From: Alphaproteobacteria bacterium
GTDB taxonomy: Bacteria > Pseudomonadota > Alphaproteobacteria > GCA-2746255
Reading direction: 5' to 3'
DNA length: 64,000 bases
Assembly: GCA_021296325.1 (NCBI GenBank)
Contig: JAGWAR010000006.1
Coordinates: forward strand, 33,572-97,571
Position 1 is the first letter of the stretch; each line of letters opens with the position of its first letter. Below are positions 50,250-61,135 of this stretch, piece after piece. The translations under genes and the position numbers were made by a program. Below the pieces are notes generated by a model. That model worked only from the letters and a program-made list of their open reading frames with translations. It had not been told where the DNA came from and made no database searches.

Positions 50250-50451
50250 GAACGGGCCCCTCCCGACTCCGCAATCAAGGGGTTTGTACGCGTGTGCCCC
50301 TTACTCTACCGATCCACGAGCCAAAGAAAAGCGGGTTGTCCGCTTGGCGCACCCGGCGCCAAAAGGTACTCGTCCCTTCCATAACTGTCCGGAAAACAGT
50401 AAAGAATGCCTGTCCGGCTCGGGATGACAGGACTATAATCCGGCTCGAAGC

Positions 50452-51582
50452 ATGAGAAAAATCGCCTTTCTTTATGTCCTTCGCCAACTTGCCTGGGGGA
50501 CGGCGCTCGTTTGCGTGGGCCTCACCTGCGTCATTTGGCTGACCCAGTCGCTTCGCTTCGTCGACCTGATCGTCAACCGCGGCATTGATCTGGCGGCCTT
50601 TGCCTCGCTGACCCTGCATCTGCTGCCGACCTATCTCATCATCGTCATCCCGATCGCGTTGTTTGCCTCCGTGCTGTTCACCTACAACAAGCTGATCGTG
50701 GACAGCGAATTGATCGTGCTGCGCGCGGCGGGACTGCGGCCGCAAACCCTGGCGGGACCCGCCATCGTGCTTGCGCTCATGCTGACGGTTCTTTGCTACA
50801 GCATCACGCTTTACTTCCTTCCCCACTCGTATCGGGAATTCAAGGACCTTCAATTCCTGTTCCGGCACACCCACTCCGCCGTCCTGCTAAGGGAAGGCGT
50901 TTTCAATTCCCTGGGTGAAGGACTTACCGTCTATGTGCGCGAGCGCGCCGGCAATGGCGAACTCTTTGGCATTCTCATGCACGACAGCCGCGACCCGGAA
51001 CAGTCCGTCACGATCATGGCCGAGCATGGCAAATTCGTGCGAACGGATACCGGCCCCAAGGTCATCTTGATCAACGGCAACCGCCAGGAAGTCGACGACG
51101 CGACGTCGCGCCTGCAGCTTCTCTACTTCGACCGCTACACGGTCGATCTGGGCGACCTCGGGCAGGCCCCCGGCTACCGCTGGCGGGAGCCACGCGAACG
51201 CTACCTGCCAGAACTCTTCTTCCCGGAAAGCTCCTATGACGATCAGAACAACAAGGGCAAACTGATTGCCGAAGGGCACCAGCGGCTGATTTCGCCCTTC
51301 TACAACCTTTCCTTCCTGTTCCTCGCGCTGGCCTGCTTGCTCTCCGGCGACTTCAACCGGCGCGGACAGGCCATGCGCATTCTCACGGCGGTCGGCCTGG
51401 CGATCGCCGTTCAGTTCCTCGGCGTCGGCCTGAACAACCTGGCCGCGAAAATGCCGGTGACGATTCCATTGATGTACCTGAACGCCCTCTTGCCCATCGC
51501 CTTCGGTTACCACGTGCTGGCGACGGGAGGCCTTCGCAAACGGCCGATCCCGGCGGCCGAACAGGAACCGCGGGCCGGATAG
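50452..51582 (+). CDS. lptF: LPS export ABC permease LptF
   Basis: WLTQSLRF, DSELIVLRAAG; synteny. Confidence 0.88.
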   Translation: MRKIAFLYVLRQLAWGTALVCVGLTCVIWLTQSLRFVDLIVNRGIDLAAFASLTLHLLPTYLIIVIPIALFASVLFTYNKLIVDSELIVLRAAGLRPQTLAGPAIVLALMLTVLCYSITLYFLPHSYREFKDLQFLFRHTHSAVLLREGVFNSLGEGLTVYVRERAGNGELFGILMHDSRDPEQSVTIMAEHGKFVRTDTGPKVILINGNRQEVDDATSRLQLLYFDRYTVDLGDLGQAPGYRWREPRERYLPELFFPESSYDDQNNKGKLIAEGHQRLISPFYNLSFLFLALACLLSGDFNRRGQAMRILTAVGLAIAVQFLGVGLNNLAAKMPVTIPLMYLNALLPIAFGYHVLATGGLRKRPIPAAEQEPRAG

Positions 51583-51590
51583 GAGAAGCG

Positions 51591-52685
51591 GTGCAAGTTT
51601 CAGCCACACTTTCGCGTTATATCGGCCGGCAGTTTCTGTACGGGTTTCTGGCCGTGCTGGTTTTGCTGATCACGCTCACCCTGTTCATCGACATCATCGA
51701 GCTGCTGCGGCGCTCGGCCGTTCGCGAGGCCGTCACGATGGGTGACGTTTTCGGGATGGCACTCCTGAAGATGCCAGAAATGGCCCAGGAGGTAACGCCG
51801 TTCGCCATCCTGTTCAGCGGCTTGTTCATCTTCTGGCGTCTTGCACGAAGCCATGAGCTTGTCGTCATCCGGGGCGCTGGCATTTCCGCCTGGCAATTCC
51901 TGCTGCCGGTGCTGGTCGTCGCGATCGGGGTTGGGATCTTCAAGATCACGGTATTCAGCCCGCTCGCATCCACCATGCTTTCCCGCTACGAACTTCTGGA
52001 AAACAAACTGCTGCGCGGACGCTCGAGCCTGCTTGCCGTCTCCTCTTCCGGCCTTTGGCTGCGCCAGGCGAACGAAAACGACCAATCGGTCATTCATGCG
52101 CAGCACATCTCCCAGAACGACATGTCGTTGCAGGACGTCACCATTTTCCTTTTCGAAGGCGCGGACCGTTTTGCAAGCCGCATCGATGCCAAGTCGGCGC
52201 GTCTGCAAAAAGGCCACTGGCAGCTGGAAGAGGCATGGCTTACCTCGCCGGATCACCCGGCGAAATTCGCCGGCAGCCACCGCGTCAAAACGGACCTCAC
52301 CCTTGAAAAAATTCAGGACAGCTTCGCCTCGCCGGAAACGCTGTCCTTCTGGGAACTGCCGGTCTTCATCGATACGCTGGAAAAAGCCGGCTTTTCCGCC
52401 CGGCGCCACCGGATGCACTGGCATTCCCTGCTGGCCGAGCCCCTGCTTTTCTGCTCGATGGTGCTGATTGCCGCCACCTTCATGCTCCGGCGCAACCGCA
52501 CGACGAACAACGCGGCGCTGATTGCGATGGCGGCGATGGCGGGGTTCCTGCTTTTCTTCCTTTCGGACCTCGTGCACGCGCTTGGCCTTTCGGAAAAACT
52601 GCCCGTCATCCTGGCCGCCTGGACACCGGCGGGGGTTACCACGCTGCTGGCGCTTGCCATGCTGCTTCACCTTGAGGATGGCTAG
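51591..52685 (+). CDS. lptG: LPS export ABC permease LptG
   Basis: ELVVIRGAGISAWQF, C-terminal LLHLEDG. Confidence 0.88.
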   Translation: MQVSATLSRYIGRQFLYGFLAVLVLLITLTLFIDIIELLRRSAVREAVTMGDVFGMALLKMPEMAQEVTPFAILFSGLFIFWRLARSHELVVIRGAGISAWQFLLPVLVVAIGVGIFKITVFSPLASTMLSRYELLENKLLRGRSSLLAVSSSGLWLRQANENDQSVIHAQHISQNDMSLQDVTIFLFEGADRFASRIDAKSARLQKGHWQLEEAWLTSPDHPAKFAGSHRVKTDLTLEKIQDSFASPETLSFWELPVFIDTLEKAGFSARRHRMHWHSLLAEPLLFCSMVLIAATFMLRRNRTTNNAALIAMAAMAGFLLFFLSDLVHALGLSEKLPVILAAWTPAGVTTLLALAMLLHLEDG

Positions 52686-52690
52686 GCGTC

Positions 52691-54871
52691 ATGCGCCGGC
52701 TGGGTCTCGCTAGTCTGGTTTTTTGTTGGTCGCTTGGTCTCGGGCTCGCGACGCCCGGCCTTGGTGCGGAAACGGAAAGCGGCACCGAAAGTGGTGGGGA
52801 AACCCCGATCCTGCTGCGCGCCGACGAGGTGCGCCATGACGAAGAGCACGACGTCCTCATCGCCCACGGCAACGTGGAAATCACCCAGGGGGCCCGCGTG
52901 CTTCTGGCCGACACGGTGACCTACAACCAGCGCGCCGATCTCCTCAGCGCCTCCGGCAACGTCGTTCTGATGGAACCCACCGGCGAAGTCGCCTTCGCCG
53001 ATTACATGACGCTGACCGACGACATGCGGGAAGGCGTCGTTCGCCACATCCATATTCTTATGGAGGACGATTCGCGGCTCGCCGCCGTCTCCGGCACGCG
53101 CAAGAAAGGCGTCTTCTCCGAATTCCAAAAGGCCGTGTTCTCGCCCTGCGATTTGTGCAAGGAGGACCCGACCCGCGCGCCCCTGTGGCAGCTGAAATCG
53201 ATGAGCGTCGCCCACGACCAGAACGCCCGGGAAATCGAATACAAGGACGCCTTCTTTGAATTCTTCGGTGTCCCCCTGCTCTACACGCCCTACCTTTCCC
53301 ACCCCGACCCCACCGTGAAGCGGCGAAGCGGCCTGCTGGCCCCAAGCTATGGCAGCTCGACCGAGCTCGGGCTGCGGGCGCAGGTGCCCTACTACTTCAA
53401 CATCGCGCCCGACAAGGACGCGACCTTCGCCCCCATCTTTACCTCGAAGGAAGGGGTCGTCCTGGCCGGCGAGTATCGCCAGCACTTCACCGACGGCGAA
53501 GTCTCCATCGCCGGCAGCATCACCGAGGTCGACGAGCGCCAGGGCGGCGTGGTCGTCCCTGGCCAGAAGGAAATCCGCGGCCACGTGAACGGCAAGGCCC
53601 GCTTCGACCTCGACCCGACCTGGCGAACCGGTCTCGACGTCTTCCGCTCGACGGACGACACCTACCTTCGGCGCTACGACCTGTGCAGCGAGGACACGCT
53701 CACGACACATGCCTTTCTCGAAGGGTTCCGCGGCCGCAATTACGCTTCGGTGAACACCTATCTCTTCCAGGGCCTGCGCGAAACGGACGACCCCGACGAA
53801 ACGCCCCTCATCCTGCCCATGATCGACTACCGGCATGTCGGCAAGGCGGACCGGCATGGCGCCCGCTGGAGCCTGGACGCCAACGTGCTTTCGCTTACCC
53901 GCAAGGAAGGTGCCGACAGCCACCGGCTGTCCGTCAAGCCGGGCTGGCAGCTTGCCCACACGGCGGACGCGGGCTACGTGACGACGCTTTCGGCTTCGCT
54001 GCAGATGGACGGCTATTTGAGCAACGACGTCACCGACCCGACCGACCCCGGCGGCGAGCTGCGGGACGGCTTCGCCGGGCGCGCCCACCCGCAGGTCATG
54101 CTGGACTGGCGCTACCCCTTCATTCGGGAAGACGGCGAGGCGCACCAGATGATCGAGCCGATCATCACCGTCGTCGCCGCCCCCAATGGCGGCAATTCGG
54201 CGAAAATCTCCAACGAGGACGGCCAGAACTTCGAATTCGACACGACGAACCTGCTGAGCGCCAACCGCTTCACCGGCCTCGACCGGGTCGAGGGAGGCCA
54301 GCGGGTGAATTACGGGCTCAAGCTCGGCGTCTTCGGCGCCGGCGGCGGCAGCACGTCCATCTTCTTCGGCCAGAGCTTCCGGCTTCGGGACGACACCACC
54401 TTCCTTCCGGGGTCCGGCCTGGAACACAACCTTTCCGACTTCGTCGGCGAGGTCGAAGTCTCCCCCATCAGCGACCTTAACGTGATTTACCGCTCCCGCC
54501 TCAACAAGGACGACCTCCTGGCCGAGCGCAGCGAGCTGGAATTCGGGGCCGGGCCGCCCGCCCTCCACGTCGACGTCAACTACTTCTTCATCCGCGGCTC
54601 GCCCACGAACCCGGAATTTGGCGATCGCGAAGAGCTGACCACGGCAATTCGCTCGAAAATAACGAAAAACTGGCTGCTGACGGCCTCGAACCGGCGGGAT
54701 TTCGAGCTCGACGACACGCTCTACTGGAGCGCCGGCATCGGCTATGCCGACGAATGCATCGATCTCCTGTTCAGTTTCACCCGCAGCTTCACCCAGGACC
54801 GGGACGTGAAGCCGGCCAACGTCTTTTTCCTTCGCATTATTCTCAAACACCTTGGAGAAGTGGCCCTCTGA
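52691..54871 (+). CDS. lptD: LPS assembly protein LptD
   Basis: AHGNVEI, FSPCDLC, RRSGLLAP, NRFTGLDRVEGG. Confidence 0.9.
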   Translation: MRRLGLASLVFCWSLGLGLATPGLGAETESGTESGGETPILLRADEVRHDEEHDVLIAHGNVEITQGARVLLADTVTYNQRADLLSASGNVVLMEPTGEVAFADYMTLTDDMREGVVRHIHILMEDDSRLAAVSGTRKKGVFSEFQKAVFSPCDLCKEDPTRAPLWQLKSMSVAHDQNAREIEYKDAFFEFFGVPLLYTPYLSHPDPTVKRRSGLLAPSYGSSTELGLRAQVPYYFNIAPDKDATFAPIFTSKEGVVLAGEYRQHFTDGEVSIAGSITEVDERQGGVVVPGQKEIRGHVNGKARFDLDPTWRTGLDVFRSTDDTYLRRYDLCSEDTLTTHAFLEGFRGRNYASVNTYLFQGLRETDDPDETPLILPMIDYRHVGKADRHGARWSLDANVLSLTRKEGADSHRLSVKPGWQLAHTADAGYVTTLSASLQMDGYLSNDVTDPTDPGGELRDGFAGRAHPQVMLDWRYPFIREDGEAHQMIEPIITVVAAPNGGNSAKISNEDGQNFEFDTTNLLSANRFTGLDRVEGGQRVNYGLKLGVFGAGGGSTSIFFGQSFRLRDDTTFLPGSGLEHNLSDFVGEVEVSPISDLNVIYRSRLNKDDLLAERSELEFGAGPPALHVDVNYFFIRGSPTNPEFGDREELTTAIRSKITKNWLLTASNRRDFELDDTLYWSAGIGYADECIDLLFSFTRSFTQDRDVKPANVFFLRIILKHLGEVAL

Positions 54872-54989
54872 TCCCTATAATTCGGGGGCCGGGCAACGCT
54901 GCCTCTTTACCGGACGGCCGGTCGAACGGTAAAAAGTCCTGCGGATGACGGGCTTAGATCAAAACAACGTGCATAACCTTCGAAAGCAT

Positions 54990-56267
54990 ATGCGATTCTT
55001 TCTTCTCGTCGCGTTCCTGACGGCGCTGGCGTTTCCAACCGCTCAGGCGGCGGAATCACAGCGGATCGCCGCCGTCGTCAACGAGGACGCCATTTCCGAC
55101 TTCGACCTCGAGGCGCGTATGCGGCTGATCGCCTATACAGCGAACCTGCGCGGCTCGCAGGAAATTCTCCGCCGGATGATGCCGGAAATCCTGCGCGCCC
55201 TGATCGACGAGAAACTGAAGATTCAGGAAGCGGCGCGCCTCGAAATCACCATCGACGACGAAGAGATGGAAGCGGCCAAGCGGCGCATCGAAAGCCGCAA
55301 CGGCATCCCGGACGGCAGCCTGAACGACACGCTGGCAACGGAAGGCATCCCCGCCTCCACGGTCACCTCGCAGATTCGGGCGGCCCTTGCCTGGGAGAAA
55401 ATCGTTCGCCGGCGGCTTTACCCGCGGATCAACGTCAGCAAGGACGAGGTCGACGAACAAATGGTCCGCCTGCAGCAGTTCGAGGGGGCGCCGGAATATC
55501 TGGTATCGGAGATTTTCCTTGAGGTTGAGAACCAGGACCACGAGGACGCCGCCTACCAGACCATCAAGCGGGCAAGCGACGAGGCGCGCGCCGACCTCAA
55601 GGCCCCCGAAAGCGAAGTCGAGCCCAAGTTTCTCCGTCTCGCCCGGCAGTTCTCCCAGGGGGTGACGGCGCTTTCCGGCGGCGATCTCGGCTGGGTCCGT
55701 CAGGGACAGCTGAAGCCGGCCGTCGATCAGGCCCTGCCGCAAATGGAGGTTGGCGCCATCTCGGACCCGATCCGTTCGGAGGAGGGCTACCACGTCCTCT
55801 GGCTGCGCGATCGGCGCAAGATCGGTGAAACGGGAGAAATGGACACCATCAGCCTGAGCCAGATTCTGTTTCCGCTGCCGCCGAATGCGGGCCCCAACGA
55901 CGTGGATGCCGCCATGACCCGGGCGCGGAACGAAGGGGCAAGCGTCAGCGGCTGCGTTGCGATGAACCGCCTGGCCGAAGTCCTGGGCACGCCCATGTCC
56001 GGCAATTTGGGCACGGTCGAGATCGGCCAACTGACGCCGAAACTGCGCGACGCCGTCAAGGACCTTCCCATCGGGGTTGCCAGCGAACCGATCCAATCGG
56101 AAGCCGGCGTGCACCTGATGATGGTGTGTGACCGCCCCGATGTGACCAGTCCGGTCAACGACCGCCACCAGGTTCAACTGAACCTGACGATGGAAAAGCT
56201 GGATCTCCTTTCGCGCCGCTACCTCCGCGACCTTCGCCGCACGGCCTTCGTAGACATTCGCTTATGA
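54990..56267 (+). CDS. surA: SurA-like peptidyl-prolyl isomerase/chaperone
   Basis: IAAVVNE, GGDLGWV, YLRDLRRTAFVD; lptD-surA-pdxA synteny. Confidence 0.85.
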   Translation: MRFFLLVAFLTALAFPTAQAAESQRIAAVVNEDAISDFDLEARMRLIAYTANLRGSQEILRRMMPEILRALIDEKLKIQEAARLEITIDDEEMEAAKRRIESRNGIPDGSLNDTLATEGIPASTVTSQIRAALAWEKIVRRRLYPRINVSKDEVDEQMVRLQQFEGAPEYLVSEIFLEVENQDHEDAAYQTIKRASDEARADLKAPESEVEPKFLRLARQFSQGVTALSGGDLGWVRQGQLKPAVDQALPQMEVGAISDPIRSEEGYHVLWLRDRRKIGETGEMDTISLSQILFPLPPNAGPNDVDAAMTRARNEGASVSGCVAMNRLAEVLGTPMSGNLGTVEIGQLTPKLRDAVKDLPIGVASEPIQSEAGVHLMMVCDRPDVTSPVNDRHQVQLNLTMEKLDLLSRRYLRDLRRTAFVDIRL

Positions 56268-57283
56268 CCGCCGCGGCCGACCGCCTGCCGCTGGCGCTCA
56301 CGATGGGGGAACCGGCAGGTATCGGCGGCGAGATTGCCCTGAAGGCCTGGGCAAACCATCGCGCGAACCTTCCCGCCTTTTTCCTGATCGACGACCCGGC
56401 CCGGCTGGAACGCATCGCCGGCGATTGCGGCCTCGACGTCGCGCTCTGCCCGATCGGTGGCCCTGCCGAGGCGGTGGACGCCTTCCCGAAGGCCCTGCCC
56501 GTCCTTCCCCAGCCGATCCCGAAGCCAACGGCCCCCGGCAAGCCGGCGGCGGAAAACGTGCCCGCCGTCCTCGACGCGATCCGCCGCGCCGTCGAGTGCG
56601 TCCGGACCGGCTTGGCCGCGGCGCTCGTCACCAACCCCATCCACAAGCACAGCCTCCAGGCGGCGGGCGTGACCTATCCCGGCCACACGGAATATCTGGC
56701 CCATCTCGCCGGCGGCGGCGCCCAGTCGGTCATGCTGCTGGCCATCGACACGCTTCGGGTCGTCCCCGTCACCGTGCACGAGCCCCTTCGCACCGTCGCC
56801 AATCACCTGACCCGGGAACGCATCGTCCTTTGCGGGCGCATCACGGCGGAAGGATTGCAACGCGATTTCGGAATCGCCCACCCCCGCCTTGCCGTCGCCG
56901 CCCTGAACCCCCATGCCGGCGAGGCGGGCGCGCTTGGCCATGAGGAGGAAACCATCATCGCGCCGGCCATTGCCGACCTTGCCGAACTCGGCATCGCCGC
57001 CACCGGCCCGCATCCCGCCGACACCCTGTTTCATGCCAGCGCGCGCGACGCTTACGACGCCGTCCTTTGCATGTATCACGACCAAGCGCTGATCCCCTTG
57101 AAGACGATCGATTTCGCAGGCGGGGTCAACGTGACGCTTGGCCTTCCCTTCGTCCGCACCTCGCCGGACCACGGCACCGCCTTCGGGATCGCCGGCCAGG
57201 GCATCGCCGACGAAACCAGCCTCGTTGCCGCCCTTCGCCTTGCCGATGCCATCGCCGCCCGCCGCCAGGCCACGCCCCGATGA
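56264..57283 (+). CDS. pdxA: 4-hydroxythreonine-4-phosphate dehydrogenase
   Basis: GEPAGIG, GHTEYL, NPHAGE, MYHDQ, RTSPDHGTA. Confidence 0.95.
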   Translation: MTAAADRLPLALTMGEPAGIGGEIALKAWANHRANLPAFFLIDDPARLERIAGDCGLDVALCPIGGPAEAVDAFPKALPVLPQPIPKPTAPGKPAAENVPAVLDAIRRAVECVRTGLAAALVTNPIHKHSLQAAGVTYPGHTEYLAHLAGGGAQSVMLLAIDTLRVVPVTVHEPLRTVANHLTRERIVLCGRITAEGLQRDFGIAHPRLAVAALNPHAGEAGALGHEEETIIAPAIADLAELGIAATGPHPADTLFHASARDAYDAVLCMYHDQALIPLKTIDFAGGVNVTLGLPFVRTSPDHGTAFGIAGQGIADETSLVAALRLADAIAARRQATPR

Positions 57284-58119
57284 CGGACGCCGACGCCCGG
57301 CCGCCCTTGCGCGACGTGATCCGGCGCCACGGCCTCGGTGCCGAGCGGCGGCTGGGCCAGCATTTCCTGCTCGACCGGAACCTGACCAACAAGATCGCCG
57401 GCGCCGCCACCGGCCTGGACGCCGCCTCCGTCATCGAGATCGGCCCCGGTCCGGGTGGCCTCACCCGCGCGCTGCTGGACGCCGGCGCCAGGGAGGTCGT
57501 GGCGGTCGAGCTTGATTCGCGCTGCGTGCCGGCGCTGGAAGAACTCGCCGGCGAAAGCGGCGGACGCCTGCGCGTGATCGAGGGCGACGCACTGACGATG
57601 GATCTGGCCGAACTTGCACCACCGCCCTGGCGCATCGTTGCCAACCTCCCCTACAACGTCGCCACGCCGCTGCTTCTGAAGTGGCTCTACGCGGCGGACC
57701 AGGTGGAGGAAATGGTCCTCACCTTCCAGAAGGAGGTGGCGGCCCGCCTCACCGCCAAGCCGCGCTCGAAGGCCTATGGGCGGCTTTCCGTCATCGCCCA
57801 GCGACAGATGGAAGTGACGCACCTCTTCGATATCGGCCCCAAGGCCTTCGTGCCGCCGCCGAAGGTTTCCTCCACCGTGCTTCGTCTGCGCCCGCGCCCA
57901 CAGCCGCTGACGCCGGACGCGCTTGCCTGGCTGGCCCGGACCACCCGGGCGGCCTTCGGACAGCGGCGCAAGATGCTGCGCGCGAGCCTGCAATCGCTTG
58001 GGGTGGAGACGGAGGCACTGATCCGGGAGGCGGGCGTTCCGCCGACGGCCCGCGCCGAGGAATTGACGGTCGAGGCCTTCTGCACGCTGGCGCGCACGCT
58101 CGCCGAACGCAACGGCTAG
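57280..58119 (+). CDS. rsmA: 16S rRNA dimethyladenosine transferase
   Basis: LGQHFL, EIGPGPG, ANLPYN, FGQRRKML. Confidence 0.95.
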   Translation: MTDADARPPLRDVIRRHGLGAERRLGQHFLLDRNLTNKIAGAATGLDAASVIEIGPGPGGLTRALLDAGAREVVAVELDSRCVPALEELAGESGGRLRVIEGDALTMDLAELAPPPWRIVANLPYNVATPLLLKWLYAADQVEEMVLTFQKEVAARLTAKPRSKAYGRLSVIAQRQMEVTHLFDIGPKAFVPPPKVSSTVLRLRPRPQPLTPDALAWLARTTRAAFGQRRKMLRASLQSLGVETEALIREAGVPPTARAEELTVEAFCTLARTLAERNG

Positions 58120-58751
58120 CTTTCGCGCAAGCCCTGAACGAAATGCCCGAGTCCCACCCGGCGCGCCCGGCGCAGCCGTTCGGCCTTCAGGATGCTGCAA
58201 ATCGCCTCGACACTGGCTGCGACGTCGTCGTTGACGACCACGTAGTCGAATTCCTCCCAGTGGCTGATCTCGTCGGCCGCCCGGGCCATTCGCGCCGCGA
58301 CGACCTCTTCGCTGTCCTGGGCACGGTTGTGAAGCCGGCGGTTCAGCTCTTCCGTCGAAGGCGGCAGGATGAACACGCTGACCAGGTCACCGTCGCCGGC
58401 GTCGCGCAGTTGCCGGTTGCCCTGCCAGTCGATGTCGAACAGCAAATCCCTGCCCGCCTTCAGGCTTGCTTCCACGGCCTCTTTCGGCGTGCCGTAGGCA
58501 TGGCCGAAAACCTCGGCGTGTTCGAGAAAGGCGCCCTCCGCAACCATGCGGTTGAAGGCTTCCAGATTCACGAAGTGGTAGTCCTTGCCATCCGTCTCGC
58601 CCGGCCGTTTCGGCCGGGTCGTGTAGGAAACGGACATCGCGATTCCCGGGTCACGCTGAAGCAGCGCATGGGCGATCGTCGTCTTTCCCGCCCCGGACGG
58701 CGAGGAAATCACCAGCATCAATCCACGGCGGGGGATTTCCGGCTTCGGCAT
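58116..58751 (-). CDS. gmk: Guanylate kinase
   Basis: SSPSGAGKT, TTRPKRPGE, DIDWQG. Confidence 0.95.
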   Translation of the reverse strand: MPKPEIPRRGLMLVISSPSGAGKTTIAHALLQRDPGIAMSVSYTTRPKRPGETDGKDYHFVNLEAFNRMVAEGAFLEHAEVFGHAYGTPKEAVEASLKAGRDLLFDIDWQGNRQLRDAGDGDLVSVFILPPSTEELNRRLHNRAQDSEEVVAARMARAADEISHWEEFDYVVVNDDVAASVEAICSILKAERLRRARRVGLGHFVQGLRES

Positions 58752-58976
58752 GTCGGCTACATATCCGCAATCCACCGTCCCGGCAAGGACTTCGTGCGCC
58801 GCGACCGACGCCCCGCAAGGATCGGGGAATAAGTTGAAATTCCTCCGGTTTTCAAGCCCGCGGGCGACCCGGCAACACGGGCTGGAAAAGCGGGGGCATC
58901 CATTGGCATAATGGAAGAAATGGGGACGCCTATCGGCGCGGCTCCAAGAAAATGTTGTTCAGGAGAGGAAATCCAG

Positions 58977-60080
58977 ATGCAAATTACTGCTGCGATTGCA
59001 CGCGAGCCCAACAAGCCCTTCGCGGTTGAGAAAATCGAACTCGATGAGAATATCCGGGATGACGAGGTGCTGGTCCGCGTCGTCGCCGCCGGCATGTGCC
59101 ACACGGATATCGTCTGCCGCGATCAGTATTACCCGGTTCCTCTCCCCTTCGTTCCTGGCCACGAGGGTTCCGGCGTCGTCGAGGCCGTCGGCAAGGGCGT
59201 TACGAAAGTGGCCCCCGGCGATCACGTCGTGCTTACCTTCAACTTTTGCGGTGCCTGCCCGAGTTGTCAGGAAGGCGACCCCGGCTATTGTCACAGCCTC
59301 TTCGGCTACAATTTTGGCGGCGCGCGGCCAAGCGACGGCTCGGGCACGCTGAGCAAGAACGGCGAGCTTATCCACGGCTATTTCTTCAGCCAGTCCTCCT
59401 TCGGGGAACGCGCGATCGCGACGGAACGCAACGTCGTAAAGGTGCGTGACGATGCGCCGCTGGAACTGCTCGGCCCACTCGGCTGCGGCATCCAGACGGG
59501 GGCCGGCGGCGTCATGAATTCGCTGCATCCGCGCGCCGGCAGCAGCATCGCGGTTTTCGGTGCCGGCGGCGTGGGCCTGAGCGCGATCATGGCCGCCGTC
59601 GTCGTCGGTTGCACGACGATCATTTCGGTCGACGTAAAGCCGGGCCGGCTGAAACTCGCCAAGGAACTGGGCGCCACCCACACGATCGACGCCTCGAAGG
59701 GCAACGCGGTCGAGGAAATTCAGAAGATCACCGGCGGCGGCGCCAATTACACCCTGGAGACGACGGCCCTGCCCCAAGTGCTGCGTCAATGTGTCGATTC
59801 GCTAACGCTCCGCGGTGTTTGCGGTGTCATCGGCGCCGCGCCCCTTGGCACGGAGGTTTCGCTCGACATGAACAGCATCATGTTCGGGCGCACGATCCGT
59901 GGCATCATCGAGGGCGACAGCGTGCCGGACATCTTCATCCCGCGAATGGTTGATCTCTTCATGCAGGGACGCTTCCCCATCGACAAGCTGATGAAGAAGT
60001 ACCCGCTCGACAAAATCAACGACGCGGTGGCGGATTCGGAAAAAGGCACGACGATCAAACCGATTCTGATGATGTCGTAA
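58977..60080 (+). CDS. Zn-dependent aryl/benzyl alcohol dehydrogenase-like enzyme
   Basis: CHTD, GHEGSG, structural Zn C..C..C.......C, GPLGCGIQTGAG, IIEGDSVP. Confidence 0.85.
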   Translation: MQITAAIAREPNKPFAVEKIELDENIRDDEVLVRVVAAGMCHTDIVCRDQYYPVPLPFVPGHEGSGVVEAVGKGVTKVAPGDHVVLTFNFCGACPSCQEGDPGYCHSLFGYNFGGARPSDGSGTLSKNGELIHGYFFSQSSFGERAIATERNVVKVRDDAPLELLGPLGCGIQTGAGGVMNSLHPRAGSSIAVFGAGGVGLSAIMAAVVVGCTTIISVDVKPGRLKLAKELGATHTIDASKGNAVEEIQKITGGGANYTLETTALPQVLRQCVDSLTLRGVCGVIGAAPLGTEVSLDMNSIMFGRTIRGIIEGDSVPDIFIPRMVDLFMQGRFPIDKLMKKYPLDKINDAVADSEKGTTIKPILMMS

Positions 60081-60107
60081 GGCATTCGTCCGTTCTGGAC
60101 GGATAAG

Positions 60108-60138
60108 GCGGCCATGAAGGGATCCCCTTCATGGCCGC
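60108..60138. terminator. 14-bp hairpin between convergent adh and mltG
   Basis: GCGGCCATGAAGGG-ATC-CCCTTCATGGCCGC. Confidence 0.65.
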
Positions 60139-60150
60139 AATCGTTTTGCG

Positions 60151-61119
60151 CTACTTCTGAAGCCGCTTCCAGCGCCGGACGTTCTTCCGGTGCTCCTTCA
60201 GGGTGCGGGCGAAGACATGGCCGCCGCTGCCGTCGGCGACGAAGTAAAGCTCGTCCGTTTCAAGCGGGCGCATCACGGCCTCGATGGCGGCCCGGCCCGG
60301 ATTGGCGATCGGGCCCGGCGGAAACCCGCGGACGCGATAGGTGTTGTAGGGATCGTCGGTCTCGAGATCGGCCTGGGTCAACGGCCGGTCGAGCCGGCCC
60401 TCTTTCGACAGCGCGTAAACGACGGTCGGGTCCGACTGCAGGCGCATGCCCCGCTTCAGCCGGTTGAGAAAGACGGCGGCGATCCGCGGGCGTTCTTCCG
60501 GCAACGCCGTTTCCCGCTCGACGATCGAGGCCAGGATCAATGCCTCTTGCGCCGAATCGAGCGGCAGGCCTTCCGCGCGCGCCGCCCACGACGACGCCAG
60601 CGTCTCGGCCATGGCGCGTTGCATCCGCGCGATCATCGAATCCCGCGTCTCGCCCCACACATAGGCATAGGTTTCCGGCAACAGCGTGCCTTCCGGCGGC
60701 GACGCCGTGATCGCGCCCTCCAGCCCTTCCGCTTCCCGGATCAGCGCCAGCACGGCAGCCGTCGTCAGCCCCTCGGCCACCGTAAGTCGGCGCAGCACGG
60801 CCTCGCCCCGAACCAGGGTGTCCATCACCCCGTGGGGCGAAACGAAAGCCGGAAAGGCGTATTCGCCGGCCCGCAGCGCGCGGTCCTCGCCGGAAAGCCG
60901 CACGCCCAGCCGGAAAAGAAAGCCATTGCCGAGAACGCCGGCCGCCTCAAGACGGCGCGTCACCGCCGCCATCCCCTCGCCCTTCGGGATGAGAAGCCGG
61001 ACCGGCTCGCGCAACGGGCCCGGCTGATGAAACCGGTCGATGCCATAGGCGACAACGCCGCCCAGGGCCAAAACAAGGATAAGAAGGATAAGCCCAGCTC
61101 GGAGCAGGATGCGCCCCAT
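60151..61119 (-). CDS. mltG: Endolytic transglycosylase MltG
   Basis: EGTLLPETY, LASIVERET, LQSDPT, YNTY, PPGPIANPG. Confidence 0.93.
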   Translation of the reverse strand: MGRILLRAGLILLILVLALGGVVAYGIDRFHQPGPLREPVRLLIPKGEGMAAVTRRLEAAGVLGNGFLFRLGVRLSGEDRALRAGEYAFPAFVSPHGVMDTLVRGEAVLRRLTVAEGLTTAAVLALIREAEGLEGAITASPPEGTLLPETYAYVWGETRDSMIARMQRAMAETLASSWAARAEGLPLDSAQEALILASIVERETALPEERPRIAAVFLNRLKRGMRLQSDPTVVYALSKEGRLDRPLTQADLETDDPYNTYRVRGFPPGPIANPGRAAIEAVMRPLETDELYFVADGSGGHVFARTLKEHRKNVRRWKRLQK

Positions 61120-61135
61120 GGGCAATGCGTTCCGC

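Noticed and set aside
52682-54850. 722-aa antisense ORF
   Set aside because: Shadow of lptD.
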